DNA of 64,000 nucleotides, taken from IMG/VR virus record IMGVR_UViG_3300020112_000420, positions 22,459 to 86,458 of that record; one strand, written 5' to 3'. The DNA is from a virus. Taxonomy: Duplodnaviria > Caudoviricetes. The position numbers and the translations under genes were made by a program. Shown piece by piece: positions 38,683 through 47,579 of this stretch. The stretch's first letter is position 1; every line of letters begins with the position of its first letter. The notes under the pieces are model-generated. The model made no database searches. It worked only from the letters and a program-made list of their open reading frames with translations, and had not been told where the DNA came from.

Positions 38683-40857
38683 ATGACAAACAGAGAGTTC
38701 TTGCTTGAGGCGATTAAGAAAGCCATTGCGGTGAGCGGTGGCATTGAAGCATTTGACGAAATGCCGAAGCCGAACATGGGGGCTGGCATGGGCAAAGGCG
38801 GGAACGGAGGCACGGCTGGCGGCGGTGGTGCTATGGGCGGATTGGGCGGCGACGGCGATGGGAGCGAGGCGACGCTTGAAGAGCATGACAAGCGGTGGCA
38901 TCCCGACGGCTACAAGGGAGGGCCGTGCGGTTGGCGCGAGAAGCACGGCATACCAACTACCGACCCGAACGGAGGAAAAGACCCCAAGGCGCAGAAAGCG
39001 GCGAAGGAAGCGGTCAAGGGGACAAACATCAACCCCGATAACGTATCAGAGGTCTGGACGCCTGGTCAGAAGCCGCAAGTCATCCAACAGCCCGAAGGCG
39101 AGTTGAAGAACACGCAAGGCGGTCTTGGCGACTTGAAATCACCGAAGAGCGCGGAGAACGTGGAGAAGTTGGAGCAGTTGAACGCGCAGGCGAAGACACC
39201 CCAGCAGAAGACGCTCATACAGGAAATATACGCACGGCTCAAGTACAAGTTGGGCAATCTCGGCATTTCGGGCGGCGCGGAGGCGGGTTCAACGGGAGCG
39301 GCGGCTGGCGGTCAGCCCGAAGCGAAGTACGAGAAAGAAGAGGATATTCCCTATCTCGACGACATTTCGGACGATGACTATGCGAAACTGTCCCCGACGC
39401 AAAAGAAGCAGATTGACGAAAAGGAAGACAAGAGAATCGAAGAAGAGGCTAAAAAGGGCGACGAAGAATTGGACAAGGAGTTTGCCGAGAAGGAGAAGAG
39501 CGACAAGAAGGAATCGGACAAGCGCATCAAGGCACTTGACAAAAAGATAGCATCCGAGCGCAAGAAACTTGTCGCCAAGCAAGTCGGCATACTGCGCGAG
39601 AACGAGCGCAAGGCGTTCCGCAAGTCCTATGACGACGAGTTCAACGCCATCGAGAAGCGGGTCAAGAGCGGAGAGATTACTCGCAAGCAGGGCGACCGCT
39701 TGCAGAAGAAGGCGGAAGACAAGTATTTCAAGGCGCACGAAGGTTGGAGCGCGAAGAAGGACGAGGACTATTTGGCTGAAGCGAACAAGCGCGTTGGCGA
39801 ACTGTTGGCTAATGCGTATCAGCCGAAGCCTCCCGCCGAAGGGGCGAAGCCCGCATCGAAAGCGCGTCAGCAGTTCCAACATGCGCTAGGAAACGCGCAC
39901 AAGGGAGCGGCGGAACGCGCAAACGGCGCGACGGCGGACGGTGGAGACAACAAGGGAGATGACATTCTTAACATGTCGCAGGAGGACTTCGACAAGTTGC
40001 CCGATGACCAGAAGCGCACGAAGTACATGGAATATCTGCAAAAGGCGCATGGTCTCAAGGGTTTCGCAAGCGAAGCGGAAACGCCAGATTTCGACAGGAT
40101 TTCCCCCGAAGAATACAAGAAACTCAATCCTCTTCAGCAGATGCAAGTGACGGAGAAGTATCACAAGGCAATGGCTGAAGCGAAAAAGCCGAAGCCTGAA
40201 GCGGCGGCGAAGATTAAGCCATATACTCCTAGTTGGGCGGGCAAGCCGCTGGCGAAGCCGCCGACACCTATGCGCAAGAAGTTGGGTGACGCGCTTCAGC
40301 GTTGGGGCAAGGCGTTGAGCGATATGGGCGAAGGCAAGGTACAGCACACATACCGAGACTTGGCAATGAAGCACAAGTTGGAGATGAAGGCGCGGGGCAT
40401 CGACATTTCCACGCCGAAGCATTGGAGCGTCAAGGACTTGATGGCTGACAAGCAGAATGCAATCGCCGAGCAGAAGTACGGGGCTGAAGCTGACATGCGG
40501 CTGGGTGGTGGTCATCAACCGCAAGGCAATCCTAACGCGCAACCGTCGGGGAAAGTCGGAGGCGCGGAGAACAAGTCCGATGGTCTGACGCTCCACAAAA
40601 ACTCTCTGTTTGGAGAAATCAAGAACCTCGACAATCCGGACGTGATGGGAATGGCTCTCGACATTGAGAAGGAATACAACGATGCGAAGCGGAGCGGCGA
40701 TAGAAAGAAAATGATGTCGCTGATGAAAGAGTGGAAGTCGTTGAAGAAGCAAATGGACGGCGATGATGAAGATGGCGACGAGCAGAAGCGTTGGAACGCA
40801 ATGGCGGACAAGGGCGTGAAGACGCGGACGAACTACGGAAGTCCAGACTTTTCATAA
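38683..40857 (+). CDS. Large K/E-rich low-complexity protein with leader and His/Cys module (putative internal virion protein)
   Basis: IEAFD leader motif; GDGDG.E.T.EEHD...HPDGYKGG.C.WR.KHG shared with 37268. Confidence 0.7.
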   Translation: MTNREFLLEAIKKAIAVSGGIEAFDEMPKPNMGAGMGKGGNGGTAGGGGAMGGLGGDGDGSEATLEEHDKRWHPDGYKGGPCGWREKHGIPTTDPNGGKDPKAQKAAKEAVKGTNINPDNVSEVWTPGQKPQVIQQPEGELKNTQGGLGDLKSPKSAENVEKLEQLNAQAKTPQQKTLIQEIYARLKYKLGNLGISGGAEAGSTGAAAGGQPEAKYEKEEDIPYLDDISDDDYAKLSPTQKKQIDEKEDKRIEEEAKKGDEELDKEFAEKEKSDKKESDKRIKALDKKIASERKKLVAKQVGILRENERKAFRKSYDDEFNAIEKRVKSGEITRKQGDRLQKKAEDKYFKAHEGWSAKKDEDYLAEANKRVGELLANAYQPKPPAEGAKPASKARQQFQHALGNAHKGAAERANGATADGGDNKGDDILNMSQEDFDKLPDDQKRTKYMEYLQKAHGLKGFASEAETPDFDRISPEEYKKLNPLQQMQVTEKYHKAMAEAKKPKPEAAAKIKPYTPSWAGKPLAKPPTPMRKKLGDALQRWGKALSDMGEGKVQHTYRDLAMKHKLEMKARGIDISTPKHWSVKDLMADKQNAIAEQKYGAEADMRLGGGHQPQGNPNAQPSGKVGGAENKSDGLTLHKNSLFGEIKNLDNPDVMGMALDIEKEYNDAKRSGDRKKMMSLMKEWKSLKKQMDGDDEDGDEQKRWNAMADKGVKTRTNYGSPDFS

Positions 40858-40873
40858 GGCGAAACCATCCCAC

Positions 40874-40903
40874 TTGCGTATTTCGCCCGTGGGATGGTAC
40901 AAT
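40874..40903 (+). promoter_or_regulatory. sigma70-type promoter of the tRNA-like RNA
   Basis: TTGCGT 40874-40879, 18 bp, TGg-TACAAT 40898-40903. Confidence 0.65.
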
Positions 40904-40915
40904 ATCCCGCAAGCA

Positions 40916-41064
40916 AGGCGCGAGTGGGATAAGTGCGGAACTTGACCTCTGCATGAAGCGGCTGGTGGAAAGCCGCGCCCCGTGGATGGGTTTTAGGTTT
41001 GTTGCATTTCCTTTCGGCTCATGTCGCGGAGTCCCGACGGCGGGTTCGATTCCCGCCGCGTCTT
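40916..41064 (+). ncRNA. tRNA/tmRNA-like RNA of about 150 nt with a G3.U70-type pair
   Basis: AGGCGCG (40916-40922) pairs with CGCGTCT (41057-41063); T-arm GCGGG-TTCGATT-CCCGC; internal stems. Confidence 0.5.
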
Positions 41065-41073
41065 CTTTCTTTT

Positions 41074-41089
41074 TTTACCCTTCGGCTAT
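41074..41089 (+). promoter_or_regulatory. Putative late promoter (copy 6, variant)
   Basis: TTTAC-CCTT-CGGCTAT. Confidence 0.55.
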
Positions 41090-41166
41090 CTGCGGAACGG
41101 TCAGAACCGACCTAATCCTAAAAACGAAAAAAACGAAACAAAAACAGAAACGGAGTGATACTCACT

Positions 41167-41724
41167 ATGAATAAAATCCTGGTGTTTGCCACGCTGTGCA
41201 TGACGTTGTTCGCAATAGTCGGTTGCGCCACAATGCCCAGCACGGAGAAAATGTACAACGCATCCTACGCCATTGGCGTTTCGGGAGGTCTTGTCGCAAA
41301 CATGACCGACATGGACGCTGACACGCGGAACGCAGTATGCGATATCCTTGGCATCGTCAGCGTAGTGATTCCCGCCACGAACGAGACCTTTGAGGCGGCG
41401 TGGACGGAAACCGCGCAGAAGCACACGCAGAAACTCATCGAAGAAGGCAAGATTGACGAGAAGCAGGGGCAACTCGTAATGGCGGCGTTCAAGGTCGCCG
41501 TGAAGGGGCTTGACTATGTGTTTATCGTCTACCCGAAGGCGAAGGCATACAAGGAACTCGTCGTCGCGTCCGTTGACGGATTCACATCGGGATTCCTAGC
41601 CGTGTTCAAGCCAATCAACGCCGTGTCGCGTTGCGGATGCAAGTGCGGAGACAAACTCGTAATCGAAACGTCGCGGACATACGATGTCGGTGCTTACATG
41701 TATCTTTTGAGGTCGTGCAAGTAA
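41167..41724 (+). CDS. Lipoprotein
   Basis: Signal peptide with lipobox IVGC. Confidence 0.75.
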   Translation: MNKILVFATLCMTLFAIVGCATMPSTEKMYNASYAIGVSGGLVANMTDMDADTRNAVCDILGIVSVVIPATNETFEAAWTETAQKHTQKLIEEGKIDEKQGQLVMAAFKVAVKGLDYVFIVYPKAKAYKELVVASVDGFTSGFLAVFKPINAVSRCGCKCGDKLVIETSRTYDVGAYMYLLRSCK

Positions 41725-41762
41725 TGGATGGTTTTGTTCGGTTCTGAAGTTCTTACGAAATG

Positions 41763-41798
41763 CGGCGCGGGGCGAAATGCCTTGCGCCGAGTTTCTTT
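41763..41798 (+). terminator. Intrinsic terminator
   Basis: CGGCGCGGGGC / GCCTTGCGCCG stem followed by AGTTTCTTT. Confidence 0.65.
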
Positions 41799-41859
41799 AT
41801 TCGCGTAAACCCTTGAAAAACATGGGTTTCGTCGTCATGGAAAAAAGTTAAACTTTTTT

Positions 41860-41975
41860 CATTCACCCCCTTGACGGTAGAAGCGATAAAATGGTATTAT
41901 ATGAGCGTCAAGAGGAGAGAAGGGAGTATCACGGTGATACGAACAATCGGCCAAATGATAGAAAGAGAAGGAAGG
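41860..41975 (+). promoter_or_regulatory. Early promoter cassette E
   Basis: TTGACG 41871-41876, 18 bp, TATTAT 41895-41900; hairpin GTATCA-CGG-TGATAC 41926-41940. Confidence 0.8.
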
Positions 41976-41982
41976 AAACACC

Positions 41983-44057
41983 ATGAAGAACAAGTCGGAA
42001 GTCATTGAGAAGATTCGCGAAGCCCGCGCCCTGCGCACGAAGATGGAGCGCATCAACGCCGAACTTGAGAAGGTGAAGGGCGAAATCAAGGGACTGATGG
42101 AGTTGGGCGACAGCGTGTTGGTTGACAACGTGAAAGCGTCGCTTTACGAGACGGTCAAGCGTTCGCTTGACGCGAAGAAGTTGGAGGCGTGGCTGAAAAA
42201 GCCGATTCCGACGGAGTGCTACAAGGAAACGAAGTACCCCACGCTGAAGATTTCGTAAGGCAATAAACCCGTTGGCGGCGCGGGACAAATTACCCGCCCG
42301 CGCCGCCGACAACCATTCAAAGGGAGAGCAGACCATGAACGATGAAGTTCTGAAGACGTTGGAGAAGACGAACGAGGAGATTTGCGCCATTGGCGAGGAA
42401 CTCGGAAAAATCTACAAGCGGCTTGAAGCGGCTTTAGGGACGGTGAAGATGTGCGAACGGTTCAACACCGCGCCGGACTTCGACGATTCGCACCGCACGA
42501 TGAACACGCGCATTTGCGTCTACACGGACGCGCTCGACAACTTGAACTTGGCGATTGAGAAGGTCAACCGCCAGGGGTTTTGAAAAAACAAACGGAAGGG
42601 AGTGTTGAACTATGGAAAATTTCAGCAAAGGTCAGCGCGTTAGGGTCGTTTCCGATACGCATTCAATCGTGAGTCGATTGGTTGTCGAATGAAAGGAGGC
42701 ATGTTATGGAAAACGACTGCGTTCCATTTGAGGTCGGCAAGTTCTATTCTGTCGAATATGCTCCTAACGGCATTACCATCAGACGATTAGTTTGCGAATG
42801 CACTAGGGTTCTGAAGGTCAAGGTTGAGTTTCGCTATGCACAAAGGGGCGAAGATGGAAAATTCCGGTTTGTTGTATTTTCGCGCAGATTGCGGATAGTT
42901 CACTACAACCGCAAGGACACGAAGAACCAAATGATTGCCTACGACCCCTATGTCTGGACGCTTGTGCGTCCGTGTTATAGCGCGGACGATGAACGCGACA
43001 AGCCTGAGTGGTGGGACGCGGAAGCATCCGAATGTGAAAGTGAGCGTGTAAAAAAGGAAATCCAAGGAGGTGTCAAATGACTAACGGCGAGAAGTATAAG
43101 ACGGCAAGCGGACGAAAAAATCAATTTGACCACTACTGCAAAAATAACGCATGTAGCGACATTCCATGCGAATGCGATAGAGTACATTGTGCATTTGAAT
43201 GGCTTGAATTGGAAGCAGATGACATGGTTACTGAAATTGGTACAATGGAATACGGCGTAAAGCGCGTATGGTCGAATGGCTATACGGAATACGAACCAAT
43301 GACGGACTATGAATCGGCGCGGTATCGTGTTCAATTCTACAAGGACGAAATGAAAGATGTGGAAGCATCCGTAGTTGTACGCGAAGTTGGCGAATGGAAA
43401 GAAGTTAATGAAAGCGAGGCGAAAAAGTGCATGGAGGTAAAGGAATGACAAAAAATGAAAGATTGATAATTACAGAATTGATTGCGTTCGCAGAAATGAA
43501 CATTGAATCACCTTGTTATGGATGTACAAGTAGGAGTTGTCTTGGAGTCGAGAAATGCTCAAGTACCAAATGGGGATATGAGATTGTTGAAAAGACAAAA
43601 GACTTGCTCTATAAACACAACCGCGTGGCGAAGGCGGTCAATGAAAGCGAGGCGCGGCAATGTACATAAAAATCACCATGAAGAGCAAAAGCAACTATCA
43701 AGGAGAACTCGGACTATGACGGAAGCGGCATTGAAACTGTTGGCGAAGGTCGAACGGCGCGAAGCGGTGCGCAAGGCGAACTTCGACAAGGCGATGAAGA
43801 TGATGGTGGCTCGTTCCCGTGCGGAGCGGGCGGCGGAGAACGAGCGCAAGTACGGAGGCGACGGCATGGGCGGCGACAGCATTGACGAGGTTTTCGTCGG
43901 GTTGTCTCAAGCGGGGCATGAGCAGTCGGTGTATTCCCAGATTCGTGCGGGATTCGACAACGGTGGTTGCAAGACGCGGCGCGGGACATACAAGCGGTTC
44001 TTGAAGAGCCAAGGCAGGGAAATCGTGCCGAGGTCGATAACGAGGCGCAAGGTATGA
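41983..44057 (+). CDS. Six early hypothetical proteins (41983-42258, coiled coil; 42335-42583; 42706-43080; 43077-43448; 43445-43669; 43716-44057)
   Basis: RBS-preceded ORFs after cassette E. Confidence 0.6.
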
Positions 44058-44073
44058 CCTTGTAAAAAAGACG

Positions 44074-44180
44074 AAAATACCCACTTGATGGGTAGAGGTG
44101 ATAAATGCTATTATAGTGTCGTCAAGAGGGGGAAAGGTACTTGCATGGTGCGGGTAGCCCCCGAATGGCGGAAGGAGAGA
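44074..44180 (+). promoter_or_regulatory. Early promoter cassette F
   Basis: TTGATG 44085-44090, 18 bp, TATTAT 44109-44114; hairpin 44138-44156 (TGG loop). Confidence 0.8.
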
Positions 44181-44184
44181 GACC

Positions 44185-44800
44185 ATGAGACGGAAGAAAA
44201 TCAGTTGGGCGGAGTTGGAGCGCATTATGACGGCGCACACATCGAAGGTGAGTTATTGCAACGACCAAAACCCCGTCAAGGCGGTTGTCGTGTTCGACCC
44301 CGAGAGGAGTAAGTGGCAACATAGGAACAACGGGTATTCTCTAAAGGCACGTTCCTACGAAATGAGTTCGTGTAGCAAGTATTGGCATGGCGAGTGCGGA
44401 GGAAATTCTCTGTTTGCGTTATGCCTTGACGAAAAGGAATATGATTCTATCGGCATTCGCCTCGATTGGTATTTGGGCGAATGGGTCGTGGACTACTGCT
44501 ATATCACCGACAACGGAAAGGTGGCGTGATAACATGGACTGTTCCAAGTGCATTGCGAATGAGTGCTGTGGCAAGGACAAACACGGTCATTGCGACAATG
44601 GAGAGATGGTGGATGAATTGACCAAAACGCTATTGGTGGTGTTCAATTCCTATGACACGCTATTGTCTCCTTTCGTGGCTAATGGCAACAAGCCGCTTGA
44701 TTCGGAAGGGTTCAACTTTGCGCGAAATCTACTTCGCGACGAGTTCAAGAAACAGTTGGCGAAGGTGAACGATGGGATTCTGGCAATCGCACGGAGGTAA
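44185..44800 (+). CDS. Two early hypothetical proteins (44185-44529; 44534-44800)
   Basis: ORFs after cassette F. Confidence 0.6.
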
Positions 44801-44807
44801 ATTGAAA

Positions 44808-45425
44808 ATGAAACGAAACGAAAACGGTTGGGATGCATTTTTGGACTTCATGTCGAACTTCACGATATGGCTTGCCCTTGGCATTATTTTGTTCTTGGCA
44901 TACCATTACAACAAGAAGATGGAACGCGAGAGGGATGACAAAGCCAACATTCCAAATACTGTCGAAAGCGTGAATGAGTGCCGCGAAGTTGACGATGGTT
45001 TTCGTGAATGCAACGATGAACATCGGATTATGGGCATTGGTATTGTGGCGGAAACCTTGTGGCGAGAAGCGCGTGGAGAAGGCGAGAACGGCATCCGAGC
45101 CGTCGCCAGCGTGATATGGAATCGGTCAAAGGAAACGGGGTTGCATCCTATGTTGGTCTGCGTCAAGAAGAAGCAGTTTTCATGCTGGAACAATGAAAAC
45201 CCGTTTGCGCGTGATAACATGGAGTGTACTGGTGAGAAGGCGACGGATGGCGGATTCCGCATTTGGACGCTGTGCGTGGATTTGGCGCGGAAGATTGTAG
45301 ACGGTCAGTTCCAGCCAACCGTCAGCGCGAACCACTACTACAATCCGAAGAAGTGCCGCCCGTCATGGGGCAAGAAGATGAAGCGAGTCGTGACGATTGG
45401 CAAGCATAGGTTCGGGAGGATTTGA
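44808..45425 (+). CDS. SleB-like cell wall hydrolase (Hydrolase_2) with an N-terminal TM anchor
   Basis: TLWREARGEG..G..AVASVIWNR, QFSCWN, ANHYYNP, PSW, TIGKHRF. Confidence 0.88.
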   Translation: MKRNENGWDAFLDFMSNFTIWLALGIILFLAYHYNKKMERERDDKANIPNTVESVNECREVDDGFRECNDEHRIMGIGIVAETLWREARGEGENGIRAVASVIWNRSKETGLHPMLVCVKKKQFSCWNNENPFARDNMECTGEKATDGGFRIWTLCVDLARKIVDGQFQPTVSANHYYNPKKCRPSWGKKMKRVVTIGKHRFGRI

Positions 45426-45428
45426 GAC

Positions 45429-45602
45429 ATGAAGCACCGTCAGTACATGAAGTACAGCAAAATGGCTTATGACCGCACGTTGGATTCCAAGACGGCGACG
45501 CTGAACGGGCGCAAGTTGCTGAAGCGCATTATCAAGCATCTTGTGGTCGGTTTGGCGGCATTTGTTGTCGCCTATGTTGCCGTGCTGTTGGCTATTGGTT
45601 GA
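45429..45602 (+). CDS. Small membrane protein (57 aa)
   Basis: C-terminal LVVGLAAFVVAYVAVLLAIG. Confidence 0.55.
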   Translation: MKHRQYMKYSKMAYDRTLDSKTATLNGRKLLKRIIKHLVVGLAAFVVAYVAVLLAIG

Positions 45603-45655
45603 AAAAACGGCGAAAATCGCCTAAAAACAAACGATAAGAAGAATGAAAAAAAAGT

Positions 45656-45760
45656 AAAATACCCCCTTGCAAGGTAGAGGCGATAAATGCTATAATATGA
45701 GCGTCAAGAGGGGAAAGGGTTTTAGAGCGGTTCTGAAACGCCCCGAATGGCAGAAAGCGA
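45656..45760 (+). promoter_or_regulatory. Early promoter cassette G
   Basis: TTGCAA 45667-45672, 18 bp, TATAAT 45691-45696; hairpin 45719-45739 (CGG loop). Confidence 0.8.
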
Positions 45761-45769
45761 GATGTCTAT

Positions 45770-47579
45770 ATGGCTGACAAATACATGCGGATGATTGACA
45801 ACGCGAAGTCTGGCGCAGAACTTCGTGAAATCGAGAATGATATTCAAGCGGACAAGTCGCTTGATATTCAAGTGAAATGCGATTTAGTTGGCTATTCTTC
45901 CGAGCGTCGTATGTATGATTTTGGTGAACTTCTAAACATGTGAAAGGAGGCAACTGAAATGACGGACTTCAAAGGTAGCAAGCACGACTATTCGGGTTGG
46001 TCGATGAGCGAGTGGGAGAAGGAGCGCAAGCGGAAGGACAAGGTTTTCAACGCGCCGTTCCGCGAAGACACGTTGTGCGTGTTCGTCGGCGGGAAGTTCA
46101 ACGGCAAGGTGATGACGGTTGCCGAAGCGCGTGAAACGGTTGCCGTCAGCGGTACGTCGCACGATTGGAGCGAAGACCGCAAGCGTGGAGGTGGTTGCCC
46201 GTACCCGATTTTCGACAATGCGCCGAGATTCTACGGGTACATGGGGCCGATGGCTGGGACTTCTAGTTGCCCGTTGCGCTATGAGACGTCGGATGTCTAC
46301 GCGCAGTTGAGCGCATGAAATTGGGGGTGTGAGACATGGGCGAAGCAAAGAAAAAAGCGGAGATTTTGAAGCGTCTTGACGAGGCGCAGAAAAGCGGTGA
46401 ACTCGCTGGCATGGTCGTAAACATGACAATGGCGAACATAACGCCAGACATGCTGGCATTGGTGAACCTACTCATACAGACGTGGGAAGAAGACGGCAAA
46501 GGCAAACTTTCCCCTTCCAAGGCATTGAAAAAACTGGTTTGGGCGCAGTCACAAGGTTGCCCGCTGTTTTGCGTCTGCAAGGACTGTCCGAAGGTTCGGG
46601 CGTGTCCGATTTTGGAGTGTAATAACAATAACAACGAGGAGGTCTGAAAATGATAACGATTAACAAGATGGAACTTGAAGCGGCGGCGCGTATGGTTGAA
46701 TACGCCCATTCGTTGCCAAGGACGGGAAAGACGGAGCGCGAGACGTTGGTGAACTGCGTAAAGCAGGCTTCCCACGCCGATGCCGTGACGGGAACGTTGT
46801 CGGCGTTGGGCTTGGAGTGGCGGCGCAATAGCACGACCGACTGCGGGTACGAAGTGTTTGCGCCCGTCTACCGAAAGTGCAACCAAGGTATTATCCGCAT
46901 TCTGTTGGAAGGGTACAAGACACGCCTTGAGACCGAGATTTGCGAACAGCAGTATTACATTGACAAAGGTTCTAATGTCGGACTTACTGACGAAGCGTTT
47001 ACGCATCGCATCGAGTTGGCGAAGAGCATTATCAAGAGCGGAAATAAAATCATTGCGATAATCAACGGTGTGCTTGAATCGGAAGCATAATGAAAAAGGA
47101 GGTGACTATGGAACGCGACGACATGATGAAGGCGGCGAAAAAGAGTTTGAACCGCATGGCGGATTTTGAACGCCGTTGCAAAAGCGCGGCTTACAAGAAG
47201 TTGGCGAACGGCGACAGAAAAGGACACGATAAGAGCATTCGTGACATGATGGAATGGTCATCCCGAATCATTGGCTATCGTGAGTGTCTTCACGACATGG
47301 GTTTCATGGCACTTTTGTTTGGAACACATAATGGCATTTCGTATGGTGTCAAGGACACCGAAACAAATAAGGAGGTTCGCTGACATGAACTTATACATGC
47401 GGTTCAAAAGGTGCTTAAAAATGTTCCTTTTGCGGTTTTTCGACGTGCGATGTCGGGACTGTGCGAGGTTTTGGTATAACAAAAGCACGGGTCACGGTGT
47501 ATGCAAGAACCACAAGGACTATCAGAGTTGGCATTGCATGAAAAAGGCGTGTTCCGACTTCAAAATTGATAGGGTTTGA
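45770..47579 (+). CDS. Six early hypothetical proteins (45770-45943; 45959-46318; 46336-46647; 46650-47090; 47090-47383; approx. 47385-47579)
   Basis: RBS-preceded ORFs after cassette G. Confidence 0.55.

Noticed and set aside
41983-42258. Mu Gam/Gp157-like nuclease inhibitor
   Set aside because: Only generic coiled-coil similarity; cannot be supported without a profile search
42612-42692. 26-codon ORF MENFSKGQRVRVV... with a good RBS
   Set aside because: Looks like the stump of an SH3-like gene; too short to support a call
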